Shown: one piece after another, positions 1 through 10,884 of the stretch
Numbering within the stretch: the stretch's first letter is position 1
Layout: each line of letters opens with the position of its first letter
NCBI GenBank assembly: GCA_039818985.1
Contig: JBCBSU010000001.1
Coordinates: forward strand, 24,367-88,366
Length of the DNA: 64,000 nucleotides
Direction: 5' to 3'
DNA from: Pseudomonadota bacterium
Lineage (GTDB): Bacteria; Pseudomonadota; Alphaproteobacteria; Sphingomonadales; Sphingomonadaceae
The notes under the pieces: model-generated
Seen by the model: only the letters and a program-made list of their open reading frames with translations
Told to the model about the DNA's origin: nothing
Databases searched by the model: none
Translations under genes and position numbers: made by a program

Positions 1-1102
1 CATGCGATACCTGCCAGTACATCCACACGATCAGCGCAGCAAACAATATGAACGGTCCCCAAAGGGCGATGATCGGATCGACCCGGCCCAGGGCTCCGAT
101 ATCCTCACCATATTGGTTCACCTTGTGATAGGTCACGATCATCACAATGGAGAGGAAAACCCCGAGCGCCGATGTCGAGCGTTTGGGCGGGATCGCCAGC
201 GCCACCGCCAGCAGCGGCATCAACAGCATCATCACCACCTCGACGATACGGAAGTGAAAGCTCGACCGGCTTTCGGCGCGTTCCAGCGCTGAAGTGTCGG
301 GATTGGTGCCGATGCGCACCAGCTCGGGAATGGTGTATTCGCGCTCCTTGCCGCCGCGTTCGCGAAAAGCGTCGATCCTCGGCAGGTCTATGGGCAGGTC
401 GTGGTTGCTGAAATTCAGGATACGCGGCGTGTCATAATCCGGGTCCTCATGCACCAGGGTGCCGTCGCTGAGCCGCAATATGATGGTGTCAGGGTCGTCG
501 GTGGCCATGAACTGGCCCTGGGTAGCGGTTACGGTCAGAATGTTGTCGCTGCCGCTTTTGACGCGTACGAAAATGCCCGAAAGCTGGCGCCCATTGTCGC
601 GGCTGCCCTCGATACGCATGGTCATATTTTCGCCCAGATTGGTGAACTCGCCGACCTTGATCGAGGCACCCAGTGCCCCCGAACGCAGCTCAAAGCCCAG
701 CCGTTCATAGGCATAGCGCGATTCCGGCTGAATCCAGCCGACAATGGCGAGATTGACCCCGGCCAGGATGATGGCGAAGATATAGGGTATTCTGAGCAAC
801 CTGCCATAGCTGAGGCCTACGGCGCGGAATACATCAAGTTCGGACGACAGCGACAGGCGGCGAAAAGCGAGCAATATTCCGAGCAGCAAGCCGATAGGGA
901 TGCCGAGCGAGAGATATTCGGGCAGCAAATTGGCAAGCATCTGCCAGACGACGCTGACCGGGCCCCCTTCTGCGGCGACAAAATCGAACAGCCGCAGCAT
1001 CTTGTCGAGGACCAGCAGCATGGCCGCAATAACCAGCGTTGATAGCAGCGGCACAATCACCAGACGCGCAATATAACGGTCGGTGGCGGTGAGAAAATTC
1101 AA
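1..1102 (-). CDS. LptF/LptG (YjgP/YjgQ) family LPS-export permease; 5' end present, remainder runs off the window start
   Basis: Not in the ORF track (no stop inside the window). Manual minus-strand translation from a TTG at 1102 gives NFLTATDRYIARLVIVPLLSTLVIAAMLLVLDKMLRLFDF...GLSYGRLLRIPYIFAIILAGVNLAIVGWIQPESRY... with multiple TM helices, typical of YjgP/YjgQ permeases. The plus-strand ORF 401..1042 is its antisense shadow. Confidence 0.7.
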   Translation of the reverse strand, partial: MNFLTATDRYIARLVIVPLLSTLVIAAMLLVLDKMLRLFDFVAAEGGPVSVVWQMLANLLPEYLSLGIPIGLLLGILLAFRRLSLSSELDVFRAVGLSYGRLLRIPYIFAIILAGVNLAIVGWIQPESRYAYERLGFELRSGALGASIKVGEFTNLGENMTMRIEGSRDNGRQLSGIFVRVKSGSDNILTVTATQGQFMATDDPDTIILRLSDGTLVHEDPDYDTPRILNFSNHDLPIDLPRIDAFRERGGKEREYTIPELVRIGTNPDTSALERAESRSSFHFRIVEVVMMLLMPLLAVALAIPPKRSTSALGVFLSIVMIVTYHKVNQYGEDIGALGRVDPIIALWGPFILFAALIVWMYWQVSH

Positions 1103-1227
1103 CTTGTCGTCCCCCTCTCACCACGTTTTCGCCGCAAATGCTCCGCACATAATAGGGCAAGGTTGGAAAAATAGGCTTTTGCGCGTGCACAGCGCAGTCT
1201 GATATAATCTTTGGGAGCAAAAACGCC

Positions 1228-1758
1228 ATGCACAAATTTCGCTGGTCTGCGGTATGTGCTGCCCTTTTGCTCCCGTCCCTGCTGGCCTTTCCTGCATCCG
1301 CCACGGCGCAGCGGCAGAAGATTTCCAACGACATGAACAAATGCGCCGCAGGCAGTGCTGGTCCGGCAGTGCTGGTCGAGGTTGTCGGCTTCAAGGCGGC
1401 CAAAGGTCGTATCCGGGTGCAATCCTACAGCGCCACAAAGAAAAAGTGGCTGAAAAAGGGCCAGTGGATCAACCGTATCGACATCCCGGTGGCGCTGCGT
1501 GGTGGCAAGATGCGATTCTGCATGCCGGTACCTGCGAGTGGCGATTATGGCATTGCGGTGCGCCATGATCTCGATGGCAATGGCAAGTCCGGCTGGAATG
1601 ATGGCGGCGGTTTTTCCAACAATCCGGATATCTCGCTGACCAATTTGAAGCCGTCGGTGAAGAAAAGCCGTATCGCTGTCGGCGGCGGGGTGCGCACCAT
1701 CACTGTTGTGCTCAACTATCGCCAGGGCCTGTCGATTGAACCATGGGGCAAGTCATGA
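1228..1758 (+). CDS. DUF2141-family secreted protein (signal peptide)
   Basis: N-terminal signal peptide MHKFRWSAVCAALLLPSLLAFPASA; motif RHDLDGNGKSGWNDGGGFSNNP resembles the DUF2141 core (HDENGNG...GFSNN). Confidence 0.7.
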   Translation: MHKFRWSAVCAALLLPSLLAFPASATAQRQKISNDMNKCAAGSAGPAVLVEVVGFKAAKGRIRVQSYSATKKKWLKKGQWINRIDIPVALRGGKMRFCMPVPASGDYGIAVRHDLDGNGKSGWNDGGGFSNNPDISLTNLKPSVKKSRIAVGGGVRTITVVLNYRQGLSIEPWGKS

Positions 1759-2732
1759 CGCTGGTGGCGCTCCTCTCCAACCCGCAATCGACCGGCAACC
1801 GCTCAGGTTTACCCGACGTGCGGGCCTATTGTGCGCGGCATCCCGATATCTTCCACTATGAGGTGGAAGAAGTCGACCAGATTGCCCGTGCACTGGAAAG
1901 CATTGCCCGGGTCAAGCCCAGGGTGCTGGTGATCAATGGCGGCGACGGTACGGTGCAGGCGACTCTCACCGAAATGTATCAGGGGGGCCATTTTGGCGAC
2001 AATCCGCCGCCGGTGGCTGTTCTGCCCAATGGCAAGACCAATCTTATTGCGCTCGATCTGGGTGCTGTCGGCAATTCGCTGACGGCGCTGGAGCAGATTG
2101 TCGACATTGCCGCCAATGATCTCGATGATCACATCATTGAACGTCAGATGATCGCCTTGAGCAACGGTTCTGATAGCCGCCCTGTGCTCGGCATGTTTCT
2201 CGGCGGCGCCGGTCTGGCAGAGATCATCCTTTATTGTCGTCACAAAATCTATCCGCTCGGCCTGCCCAACAGTGTCAGCCATTTTCTCGCTGCCTGTGCC
2301 ACCATTGTCGCGGTCCTGTTCAATGTCAGCGCCCGCTTCCTGCCGAAGACCCGTTCGAGTGTGCGCATATCCATGGTGCGTCACGGAGAGATTCAGGGCA
2401 GTTTTGCGCTGCTGATGGTGACCACGCTGGAGAAGCTGCTGTTACGCGGCACGACCCAGGAAGAAGCGGCTGCAAAGGCGCCCGGAAACATGAAGTTTGT
2501 TGCCGTCGAGCATAACCGTGCCGGCCTGTGGACGATGGTGCGCGACACTATTTTCGGCCGCTTCGGCACCCGCCCTGGTGCGGGCCTGCATCTTGAACGC
2601 GATGATGTTATCCAGATCGAGGGCGAGCGCAGCTGTGTTGTTCTCGATGGCGAACTGTTCGAGGCCAATCGTGGCAAGCCGATCACCCTGCGCACCACCG
2701 ACCCGATGCCGTTTCTGCGCATCGCGGCCTGA
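1755..2732 (+). CDS. Lipid kinase with DAGK catalytic domain (YegS / sphingosine / ceramide kinase-like)
   Basis: NGGDGTV motif of the DAGK_cat domain and a ...VAVLPNGKTN... segment. The start at M5 (MTLVALLSNPQSTGNRSG) is chosen over 1743. It is 4 bp from the DUF2141 stop. Confidence 0.8.
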   Translation: MTLVALLSNPQSTGNRSGLPDVRAYCARHPDIFHYEVEEVDQIARALESIARVKPRVLVINGGDGTVQATLTEMYQGGHFGDNPPPVAVLPNGKTNLIALDLGAVGNSLTALEQIVDIAANDLDDHIIERQMIALSNGSDSRPVLGMFLGGAGLAEIILYCRHKIYPLGLPNSVSHFLAACATIVAVLFNVSARFLPKTRSSVRISMVRHGEIQGSFALLMVTTLEKLLLRGTTQEEAAAKAPGNMKFVAVEHNRAGLWTMVRDTIFGRFGTRPGAGLHLERDDVIQIEGERSCVVLDGELFEANRGKPITLRTTDPMPFLRIAA

Positions 2733-2763
2733 GAGCTGCCATGGCGCAGTGATGGTGGGTTGA

Positions 2764-3690
2764 ATGTCGTCTCTCGCAAAACTGGTCGCTGTGGAACTGG
2801 CGGTCGCAATCGATCCGCGTATCGCCGCTTTTGCCGCAGATATTGCCGCGCGCTATCCCGATGCAGCGCAGGCGGTACTGTTTTATGGCTCCTGCCTCCG
2901 CTCGGAACAGCTTGAAGGTGAGATGCTCGACTTTTATCTCATCGTCTCGGACTATCGTGCTGCCTATGGCGACAGCTGGATGGTGCGCGCCAATGAGATG
3001 ATCCCGCCCAATGTGTTTCCGGCGCAGCATGACGGACTGGTGGCGAAATATGCGGTGCTGAGCGAGCATGACTTCCACCGGTTGAACCGTGTGGAGGCGG
3101 ATACAGTTTCGGTCTGGGCGCGTTTCTCGCAGCCTGCACGGCTGGCCTGGTCGCGTGACGAGGATGCCGCAGCGCGGGCCGCCGAGGCGATCTCGGGCGC
3201 GGCGCCGACACTGCTCAATGCGGCCCTGGCGCATATGGATCGCCCTGAATCTGATATGCTGGCCCTGTGGGAACGCGGCTATGCTCTGACCTATGGCGCA
3301 GAATTGCGCGCCGAGCGTAGCAGCCGGTCGCAATCTGTGGTCGATTTCGATCCGGGTCGCTATCGCCGCTTTACCGCCGCAGCGCTGGCGGAGACCGCAA
3401 TAGCTGCGGAGACCGATGACGATATTGTACGCTGCTTGCCCGGCCAGACTGCTGCCATTGCCGCGGAGAAACAGCGCTGGTCGGCGCTACGGCGGCGCGG
3501 CAAATGGATGACACTGGCGCGGCTGGCCAAGGCCAGTGCAACCTATGCCGGCGGCATCGATTATCTCGCCTGGAAGATCAACCGCCATGCCGGGACCGAA
3601 ATCGCCATCAAACCCTGGCAGCGCAAATGGCCGTTACTGGGCGCGCTGGTGCTGCTGCCGCGGCTGTTGTTGAGCGGGGCGGTGCGTTAG
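2764..3690 (+). CDS. Nucleotidyltransferase-fold protein, Tam41/Mmp37-like (putative CDP-alcohol / phosphatidate cytidylyltransferase-like)
   Basis: hG[GS]...D.[DE] NTase signature (LFYGSCLRSEQLEGEMLDFYLIVSDY). It lies immediately downstream of the lipid kinase. Confidence 0.55.
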   Translation: MSSLAKLVAVELAVAIDPRIAAFAADIAARYPDAAQAVLFYGSCLRSEQLEGEMLDFYLIVSDYRAAYGDSWMVRANEMIPPNVFPAQHDGLVAKYAVLSEHDFHRLNRVEADTVSVWARFSQPARLAWSRDEDAAARAAEAISGAAPTLLNAALAHMDRPESDMLALWERGYALTYGAELRAERSSRSQSVVDFDPGRYRRFTAAALAETAIAAETDDDIVRCLPGQTAAIAAEKQRWSALRRRGKWMTLARLAKASATYAGGIDYLAWKINRHAGTEIAIKPWQRKWPLLGALVLLPRLLLSGAVR

Positions 3691-3694
3691 GGGA

Positions 3695-4894
3695 TCAGAT
3701 AATCCCGACTTCCTTGCCCGCCTTTTCGAACATGTCCAATATCTGCGTCACTTGCTCACTGCTATGTTCGGCGCAGAGCGAGCAGCGCAGCAATGTCATC
3801 CCCATCGGGGTCGCTGGCGGGCGGGCCAGATTGACATAGAGACCATTTTCCAGCAGCGCCTGCCACAGCCGGGCGCCTTCGAGCATATCCTCGACCATCA
3901 CCGCGATAATGCCGCTTTGCGCTTCCGGTGTACCGAGCTTGTAGCCCATATCGCGCAGGCCCTGATGCAGGCGCTTGGAGTTTTCCCATAAGTGCGTGCG
4001 TTTGTTGCCCGCATGCATCAACTTGCGGATGCTGGTCGCGGCGGTGGCGACGACACTGGGGGGCAGGCTGGCGGTGAACACATAAGGCCGACAGACCAGC
4101 CGTAAAATCTCGAATTTCGGGTGGTTGGAGACGCAGAAGCCGCCCACCGTGCCGACGCTTTTGGAAAAGGTACCGATGATGAAGTCGACATCGTCGAGCA
4201 CGCCCTGTTCCTCGGCGACGCCGCGGCCATGCTCGCCGATAAAGCCCATTGAATGTGCCTCATCGACCAGGCTCATCGCGCCATATTGCTTGCACAGCGC
4301 AATCATCTCTTTCAGTGGCGCGACATCGCCGAGCATCGAATAGACGCCCTCCAGCACCACCAGCTTCCCCGCCTCTTCGGGCAAGCGGCGCAGGCGTTTT
4401 TCCAGCGCCTCGACGTCATTATGGCGAAAGGCGACAATCTCGGCATCGCCCATTTTGCAGCCATCATAGATGCTGGCATGACTATCGATATCGAGGATGA
4501 TATAATCGCCCTTGCCGGCCAGGGTGGAGATGATGCCCAGATTGGCCTGATAGCCGGTAGAGAACACCATGGCATGGTCCATGGCGTAGAATTCCTTCAG
4601 CGCTTCCTCGCACGCCTTGTGCCCCGAATAGGTGCCGTTCAGCACGCGACTGCCGGTGGTGCCGGAACCGAAATTCTCCAGCGCTTCCTTGCCCGCATGC
4701 AGCACATCATCGTCAAAGGTCATGCCCATATAATTATAGGTGCCGAGCAATATCGTCTCGCGGTCATTGCAGATGGCGACGGTGGGTGATTTCACCTCTT
4801 CCATCACCAGCGCATAAGGGTCGGCGACGCCGGTGGCGAGCAGCGCCTCGCGCTCCTGGATCAACGGGTCAAATTTTGAAAGCAGATCGGTCAT
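3695..4894 (-). CDS. spt: Serine palmitoyltransferase (PLP-dependent alpha-oxoamine synthase family)
   Basis: Near-collinear match to Sphingomonas paucimobilis SPT: LLSKFDPLI..., GTYNYMGMTFD, GSGTTGSRVLNGT, FSTGYQANLGIISTLAGKGDYIILD, DEAHSMGF, GTFSKSVGTVGGF (PLP lysine region), and RPPATP...LLRCS..CAEH. Confidence 0.95.
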   Translation of the reverse strand: MTDLLSKFDPLIQEREALLATGVADPYALVMEEVKSPTVAICNDRETILLGTYNYMGMTFDDDVLHAGKEALENFGSGTTGSRVLNGTYSGHKACEEALKEFYAMDHAMVFSTGYQANLGIISTLAGKGDYIILDIDSHASIYDGCKMGDAEIVAFRHNDVEALEKRLRRLPEEAGKLVVLEGVYSMLGDVAPLKEMIALCKQYGAMSLVDEAHSMGFIGEHGRGVAEEQGVLDDVDFIIGTFSKSVGTVGGFCVSNHPKFEILRLVCRPYVFTASLPPSVVATAATSIRKLMHAGNKRTHLWENSKRLHQGLRDMGYKLGTPEAQSGIIAVMVEDMLEGARLWQALLENGLYVNLARPPATPMGMTLLRCSLCAEHSSEQVTQILDMFEKAGKEVGII

Positions 4895-4908
4895 ATCGGT
4901 CTCAACAA

Positions 4909-4939
4909 TTCGTCATCCAGAAACAAGTTCGGGACGACG
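4909..4939. repeat. Intergenic palindromic repeat element, TTCGTCAT...ATGACGAA family
   Basis: ttcgtcatccagaaacaagttcgggacgacg lies between the spt start and the acp stop. It is related to the copy at 29529..29555 (atcctgaaacaagttcaggatgacgaa). Confidence 0.6.
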
Positions 4940-4954
4940 CGTTTTGTATTTATA

Positions 4955-5200
4955 TCAGCTATCCGCCAGCTTCATCACTGCATCGACCAGCTGGCCGACA
5001 TTCTCAATCTCGGCCTGCATGTTCATGGTGATGATGATGTCGAACTCGTCCTCGATCGCCGCGACAAAGTCCATCACGGTCAGGCTGTCCCATTCCAGGT
5101 CGTGCTGGAATGTCGTGGCCTCGGCCAGTTCGACGCCCTTTTTGTTGAAAGGGGCGATCTGCTCGGTCACCTTGCCCCAAATCGCGCTGCGGTCGGTCAT
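4955..5200 (-). CDS. Acyl carrier protein (sphingolipid-pathway dedicated ACP)
   Basis: 81-aa protein MTDRSAIWGKV...FQHDLEWDSLTVMDFVAAIEDEFD... with the DSL phosphopantetheine-attachment motif. The ATG at 5200 is used (the ORF track extends it to 5452). It is adjacent to spt, as in Caulobacter. Confidence 0.85.
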   Translation of the reverse strand: MTDRSAIWGKVTEQIAPFNKKGVELAEATTFQHDLEWDSLTVMDFVAAIEDEFDIIITMNMQAEIENVGQLVDAVMKLADS

Positions 5201-5220
5201 TGCATGTATCTCTCTGTTTC

Positions 5221-5260
5221 TGCCAATTGCCCTAGCCTCTAGCGGCATGGCATTGGCAAG
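5221..5260. promoter_or_regulatory. Nested inverted repeat in the acp upstream region (candidate operator)
   Basis: tgccaattgcc-ctagcctctag-cggcatggcattggca: outer arms gccaattgcc / ggcattggc around an inner palindrome ctag-cct-ctag, about 20 bp upstream of the acp start codon. Confidence 0.3.
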
Positions 5261-5397
5261 ACAAGGCAGCGGCAATACGGCAGTGTGCGGCCATTTTGTG
5301 GCATGGCGCCGATCATGCCTCCCGGCCCGTCTTAAGTGCGGCAAAGATTGACTCTTCCGACACTTGCGGGCTGAATACGTCCAAAAGGGGGTGATCA

Positions 5398-5922
5398 ATG
5401 ACACAAAACAGCGAAGCATGGTCGGAGCAGAGCATTTATCTGCTGCGAACAACGCAACAGCATCATGTCCAGCTCAGCCTCATGGCCGACCACAAGGCGA
5501 ATATGCTGATCGGTGCGGCCTTTGTCGTCTTCTCGATCGCGGTCAGCCAGTCCGCCAATGCTGGCTCGATCAGCCTCTATCTGTTGGCGCTGGCGATCAG
5601 CTCGGCGATCAGTGCACTCCTCGCCGCCATGGCGGTTATTCCCAATATCGGTGCCGTTCCGACCGCTGCCACAGACAGAGGCAATCTGCTGTTTTTCGGT
5701 GCGTTTCGCCAGATGGAGGAAGATGAATATATCACGGCCCTTTCGGCGCAAATGCGCACCGATGATGCCGTGTATCGGGCGATGCTGCGCGATGTCTATC
5801 AAATGGGGCAAGTGCTGGCGAAAAAGAAATATCGCTATCTGCGCTGGTCCTACAGCATCTTCATCGCTGGCATATTGTTGACGGTGGCACTGTTCGCGCT
5901 GGAGAATCTCGGCGCATTTTAG
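5398..5922 (+). CDS. Small 3-TM membrane protein of unknown function embedded in the sphingolipid locus
   Basis: 174 aa. Predicted TM helices are ANMLIGAAFVVFSIAVSQSA, ISLYLLALAISSAISALLAAMAVI and YSIFIAGILLTVALFALENL. Codon usage is normal. It lies on the strand opposite to spt/acp/epimerase. Confidence 0.6.
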   Translation: MTQNSEAWSEQSIYLLRTTQQHHVQLSLMADHKANMLIGAAFVVFSIAVSQSANAGSISLYLLALAISSAISALLAAMAVIPNIGAVPTAATDRGNLLFFGAFRQMEEDEYITALSAQMRTDDAVYRAMLRDVYQMGQVLAKKKYRYLRWSYSIFIAGILLTVALFALENLGAF

Positions 5923-5937
5923 CGCCTGCAACCAGAT

Positions 5938-6860
5938 TCAGAGCCAGCCCTGTTGGCGATACCAGCGCACGGTGTCCTTCAGTCCCTGCGGGGTGGGTAT
6001 TTGCGGCGTCCACAGCCCTTCCGGCGGACGACGGCCCGGGTCGACGGTCCAGTCCGGGTGCGACAGATAACGTGCGCGATCCGGCGTCAGCTTCGCCTTG
6101 TCGCGACGGACCAGCCGGTCACCGCGTGCTGCGAGAGTAAGCATCGCAGCAGGTGCGGCGACGGTGCCGACGGCCTTGCCCACGGCATTGGCAATGGCAT
6201 TGGCAAACGCCTTGTGTGTCCAGCCATTTTCGGTGCCGTCATCGGCCTCCCATATGGCTCGGCCCGGCCCGGTCAGCGCAGTCGCCAGCAGCAGCTGGGC
6301 CATGTCATCGACATGGATGATCGACACCCGGCCCCTGGGCGGCAGCAGCATCAGGCGGCGCTTGGCCATGCGGAACATGTCGAGCATCTCGGTATCGCCC
6401 GGGCCATAAATGCCGGGCGGGCGGATCACTGACCAGGGCAAGCCGGAGGCGACCACAAGATTTTCGGCTTCCGCCTTGGACCAGCCATAAATGGAGAGGT
6501 CGGGTTCGCGCGCAGCAAGTGAGGAAATATGGATGAAATGAGCGGTTCCGGCTTTCTCCGCCGCGGCCAGTATATTTGCGGTACCGGTGATATTGCCCGC
6601 GGCAAATCCGGTGCGGTCGGGTGCGTTGACCACCCCGGCAATATGCAGCACGCAATCGGCGCCCTGGACCAGTGTGTCGAGCGGTTGCGTCTGATCGAGC
6701 GCGCCGGCAATCCAGGCGACGCCCGGCTTGTCAGGCTGCGGCCTGCGCGTGAGTGCGCGTACCGTAAAGCCCTGCGCCAGCGCTGCCAGCAAAGTGCGCT
6801 TGCCGAGAAAACCGGTCGCGCCGGTCATGGCGATGGTCAGGCGCTCATTATTTTTGGCGC

Positions 6861-6864
<4 letters not shown>
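5938..6864 (-). CDS. NAD-dependent epimerase/dehydratase (SDR) family protein; candidate bacterial ceramide reductase (CerR-like)
   Basis: N-terminal Rossmann motif IAMTGATGFLGK and an SDR extended-family fold. It lies next to spt-acp, as CerR does in Caulobacter. Confidence 0.8.
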
Positions 6865-9190
<2,326 letters not shown>

Positions 9191-9237
9191 TTAAGCAAGC
9201 GGCCGCGACAGGCCGCAACACAGAAGGGAATTTCATC

Positions 9238-9693
9238 ATGAACAAGGCATTCTCGACAATCGTAGTGGCGCTGGCTGTGGCCGGATTTTCCACCGCTGCC
9301 CAAGCCGATGAGGGCGCCGCTGCCAATGCGGTCCCGGCTGCTTCGGTTGCAGCGGTTTCCGCCGTTGATCGCGGTGAAGTGACAACCGTTACCGATGCTC
9401 CGGCGTTTGATCTCGGCGCTCTGCCGGGCAGCGTTGCCGTCAATGGTTTCAGCAATGGCCGCGAGTTCCGCATTGATGATCTGGATAGCAGCGACTTTCC
9501 CGGCGTTGGCATCAACGGTCTCAACCGCGTGCCGGATTATGACGGCGAAACACCGGCTTTTCGTGAAGGCACCGGCCTTGCGGCGTTGAGTGTCGGTCGA
9601 CCTGAATTTGGTGAATTATCGACCGAGCTGGACGGAGCCAATCAGCGTGCATGGCATCAGCGTCGCTCGGCCTCTGTACGCTTTGCGCTGTAA
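9238..9693 (+). CDS. Secreted hypothetical protein
   Basis: Signal peptide MNKAFSTIVVALAVAGFSTAAQA. No recognisable domain. Confidence 0.55.
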   Translation: MNKAFSTIVVALAVAGFSTAAQADEGAAANAVPAASVAAVSAVDRGEVTTVTDAPAFDLGALPGSVAVNGFSNGREFRIDDLDSSDFPGVGINGLNRVPDYDGETPAFREGTGLAALSVGRPEFGELSTELDGANQRAWHQRRSASVRFAL

Positions 9694-9842
9694 GAAAAAC
9701 CGCAAAATAACGGCTGAAAATATTTTTTCGAACTGGTTGTAACCGCGCCTGAATATTCTGCGAACAGCCCAGTGTAAGCAGTTTGCTGCTCTCCGCTCTC
9801 AACTCCTCCCTCACCCTCAGGGGAGCAGCAAATTACAAGAAA

Positions 9843-9880
9843 CCCGGCGGCCTTCCCCCTTGTGGCCGTCGGGTTTTTTG
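9843..9880. terminator. Rho-independent terminator, bidirectional
   Basis: cccggcggcc...ggccgtcggg followed by TTTTTT. T-rich also on the opposite strand (tttcttgtaatt). Confidence 0.7.
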
Positions 9881-9910
9881 TTGTGTGGAAAGCTGTTGAG
9901 GCTGTGCGGT

Positions 9911-10717
9911 TCAGCCTGGTGGCTGAACCTGCGGTGCAGCCGAATTGTCACTGGCTGGTGCCGGAGGGCCGAAAGGATTGTCCGGCAGCGGCTCACCGCG
10001 CGTGCCATCGAGCCCGTCAACGGCCTGCATCCGCGTCGGCGCGCCCTGGCCATATATCGCGTTCCATGCCGCCAGATCGGTTTCATATTGCTCATAAGCG
10101 ACGAAGAAACGGTCGAAAATCGATTCGAGCTGCGGCAGGGCGTCAGCAGCGAAACGGGTCAGTTCGTTCGACGGCACTTCGAGCGAGCGGCGGCCGAGGA
10201 GAAATGCGCTCTCGCAGAATTCGTTCCTGACCGGAGGTAAGGAGAAGAAGTTATAGACCCGGGTGGTGTGGGTATCGCGGACACGGCGGTAATTATTGCC
10301 ATGTTCGCGGCGATATTTGCGTTCGATTGCGGTGTTGGCGGTTTTCAATATGCCGCGATGGGTCTGGAGAAACCGGTTATATTCGTCGGCCATGGCGAAA
10401 TACTGGCTGGCCTGACAGTTGAGCGCGGCAACATTATAGGCGGCACGGAAATGCCACAGCGTTTCCAGCTCGCCAAGACCGCGATTGGGTGTCAGCCTGA
10501 GGCCATCGGCACCGACAGCGGGGATTGCCATGGCCGCGGTGGCACCAAGTGGCGGGGTCGGCTGTGGCGGCGGGGTAAAGACCGGCGGTGGTGGCGGGGG
10601 GGCCTGGACCACCACTGGTGGCGGTGGCGGTGGCGGCGTTGCACATGCCGCAACGGCTGCGGTCAATGCCGCGATAATGACCAGCTTTGCTTTCCTCAGG
10701 CCCATGATATCCCTCAT
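9911..10717 (-). CDS. Lipoprotein with proline-rich linker, unknown function
   Basis: Lipobox LTAAVAAC, then PPPPPPPVVVQAPPPPPPVFTPPPQPTPP, then a globular C-terminal domain. Confidence 0.65.
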   Translation of the reverse strand: MRDIMGLRKAKLVIIAALTAAVAACATPPPPPPPVVVQAPPPPPPVFTPPPQPTPPLGATAAMAIPAVGADGLRLTPNRGLGELETLWHFRAAYNVAALNCQASQYFAMADEYNRFLQTHRGILKTANTAIERKYRREHGNNYRRVRDTHTTRVYNFFSLPPVRNEFCESAFLLGRRSLEVPSNELTRFAADALPQLESIFDRFFVAYEQYETDLAAWNAIYGQGAPTRMQAVDGLDGTRGEPLPDNPFGPPAPASDNSAAPQVQPPG

Positions 10718-10815
10718 TATGTCTTGTTGCGGCCATTATGCGACCGTCATGGTTAACCGTTTATTGCCAGGATCGATGATAGGCAAGCGCCGCTGCCTAT
10801 TGGCACTGTCCAGCG

Positions 10816-10850
10816 CACAAAAAAGCCCGGCAATCTGGGATTGCCGGGCC
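10816..10850 (-). terminator. Rho-independent terminator of the BI-1 family gene
   Basis: gcccggcaatc-tggga-ttgccgggc hairpin, followed by a U-tract on the minus strand. Confidence 0.65.
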
Positions 10851-10884
10851 AATATGACTTTACGGATCTTTCGCTTATAAATGC

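Noticed and set aside
401-1042. 213-aa plus-strand ORF at the window start
   Set aside because: Antisense to the LptF/LptG-family permease, which is recognisable on the minus strand. The permease is absent from the ORF track only because its stop lies outside the window.
9911-10717. Poly-proline tracts (PPPPPPP) as tandem DNA repeats
   Set aside because: They are ccg/cca codon runs encoding flexible linkers in a lipoprotein (and in DUF4139 at about 13480), not independent repeat elements.
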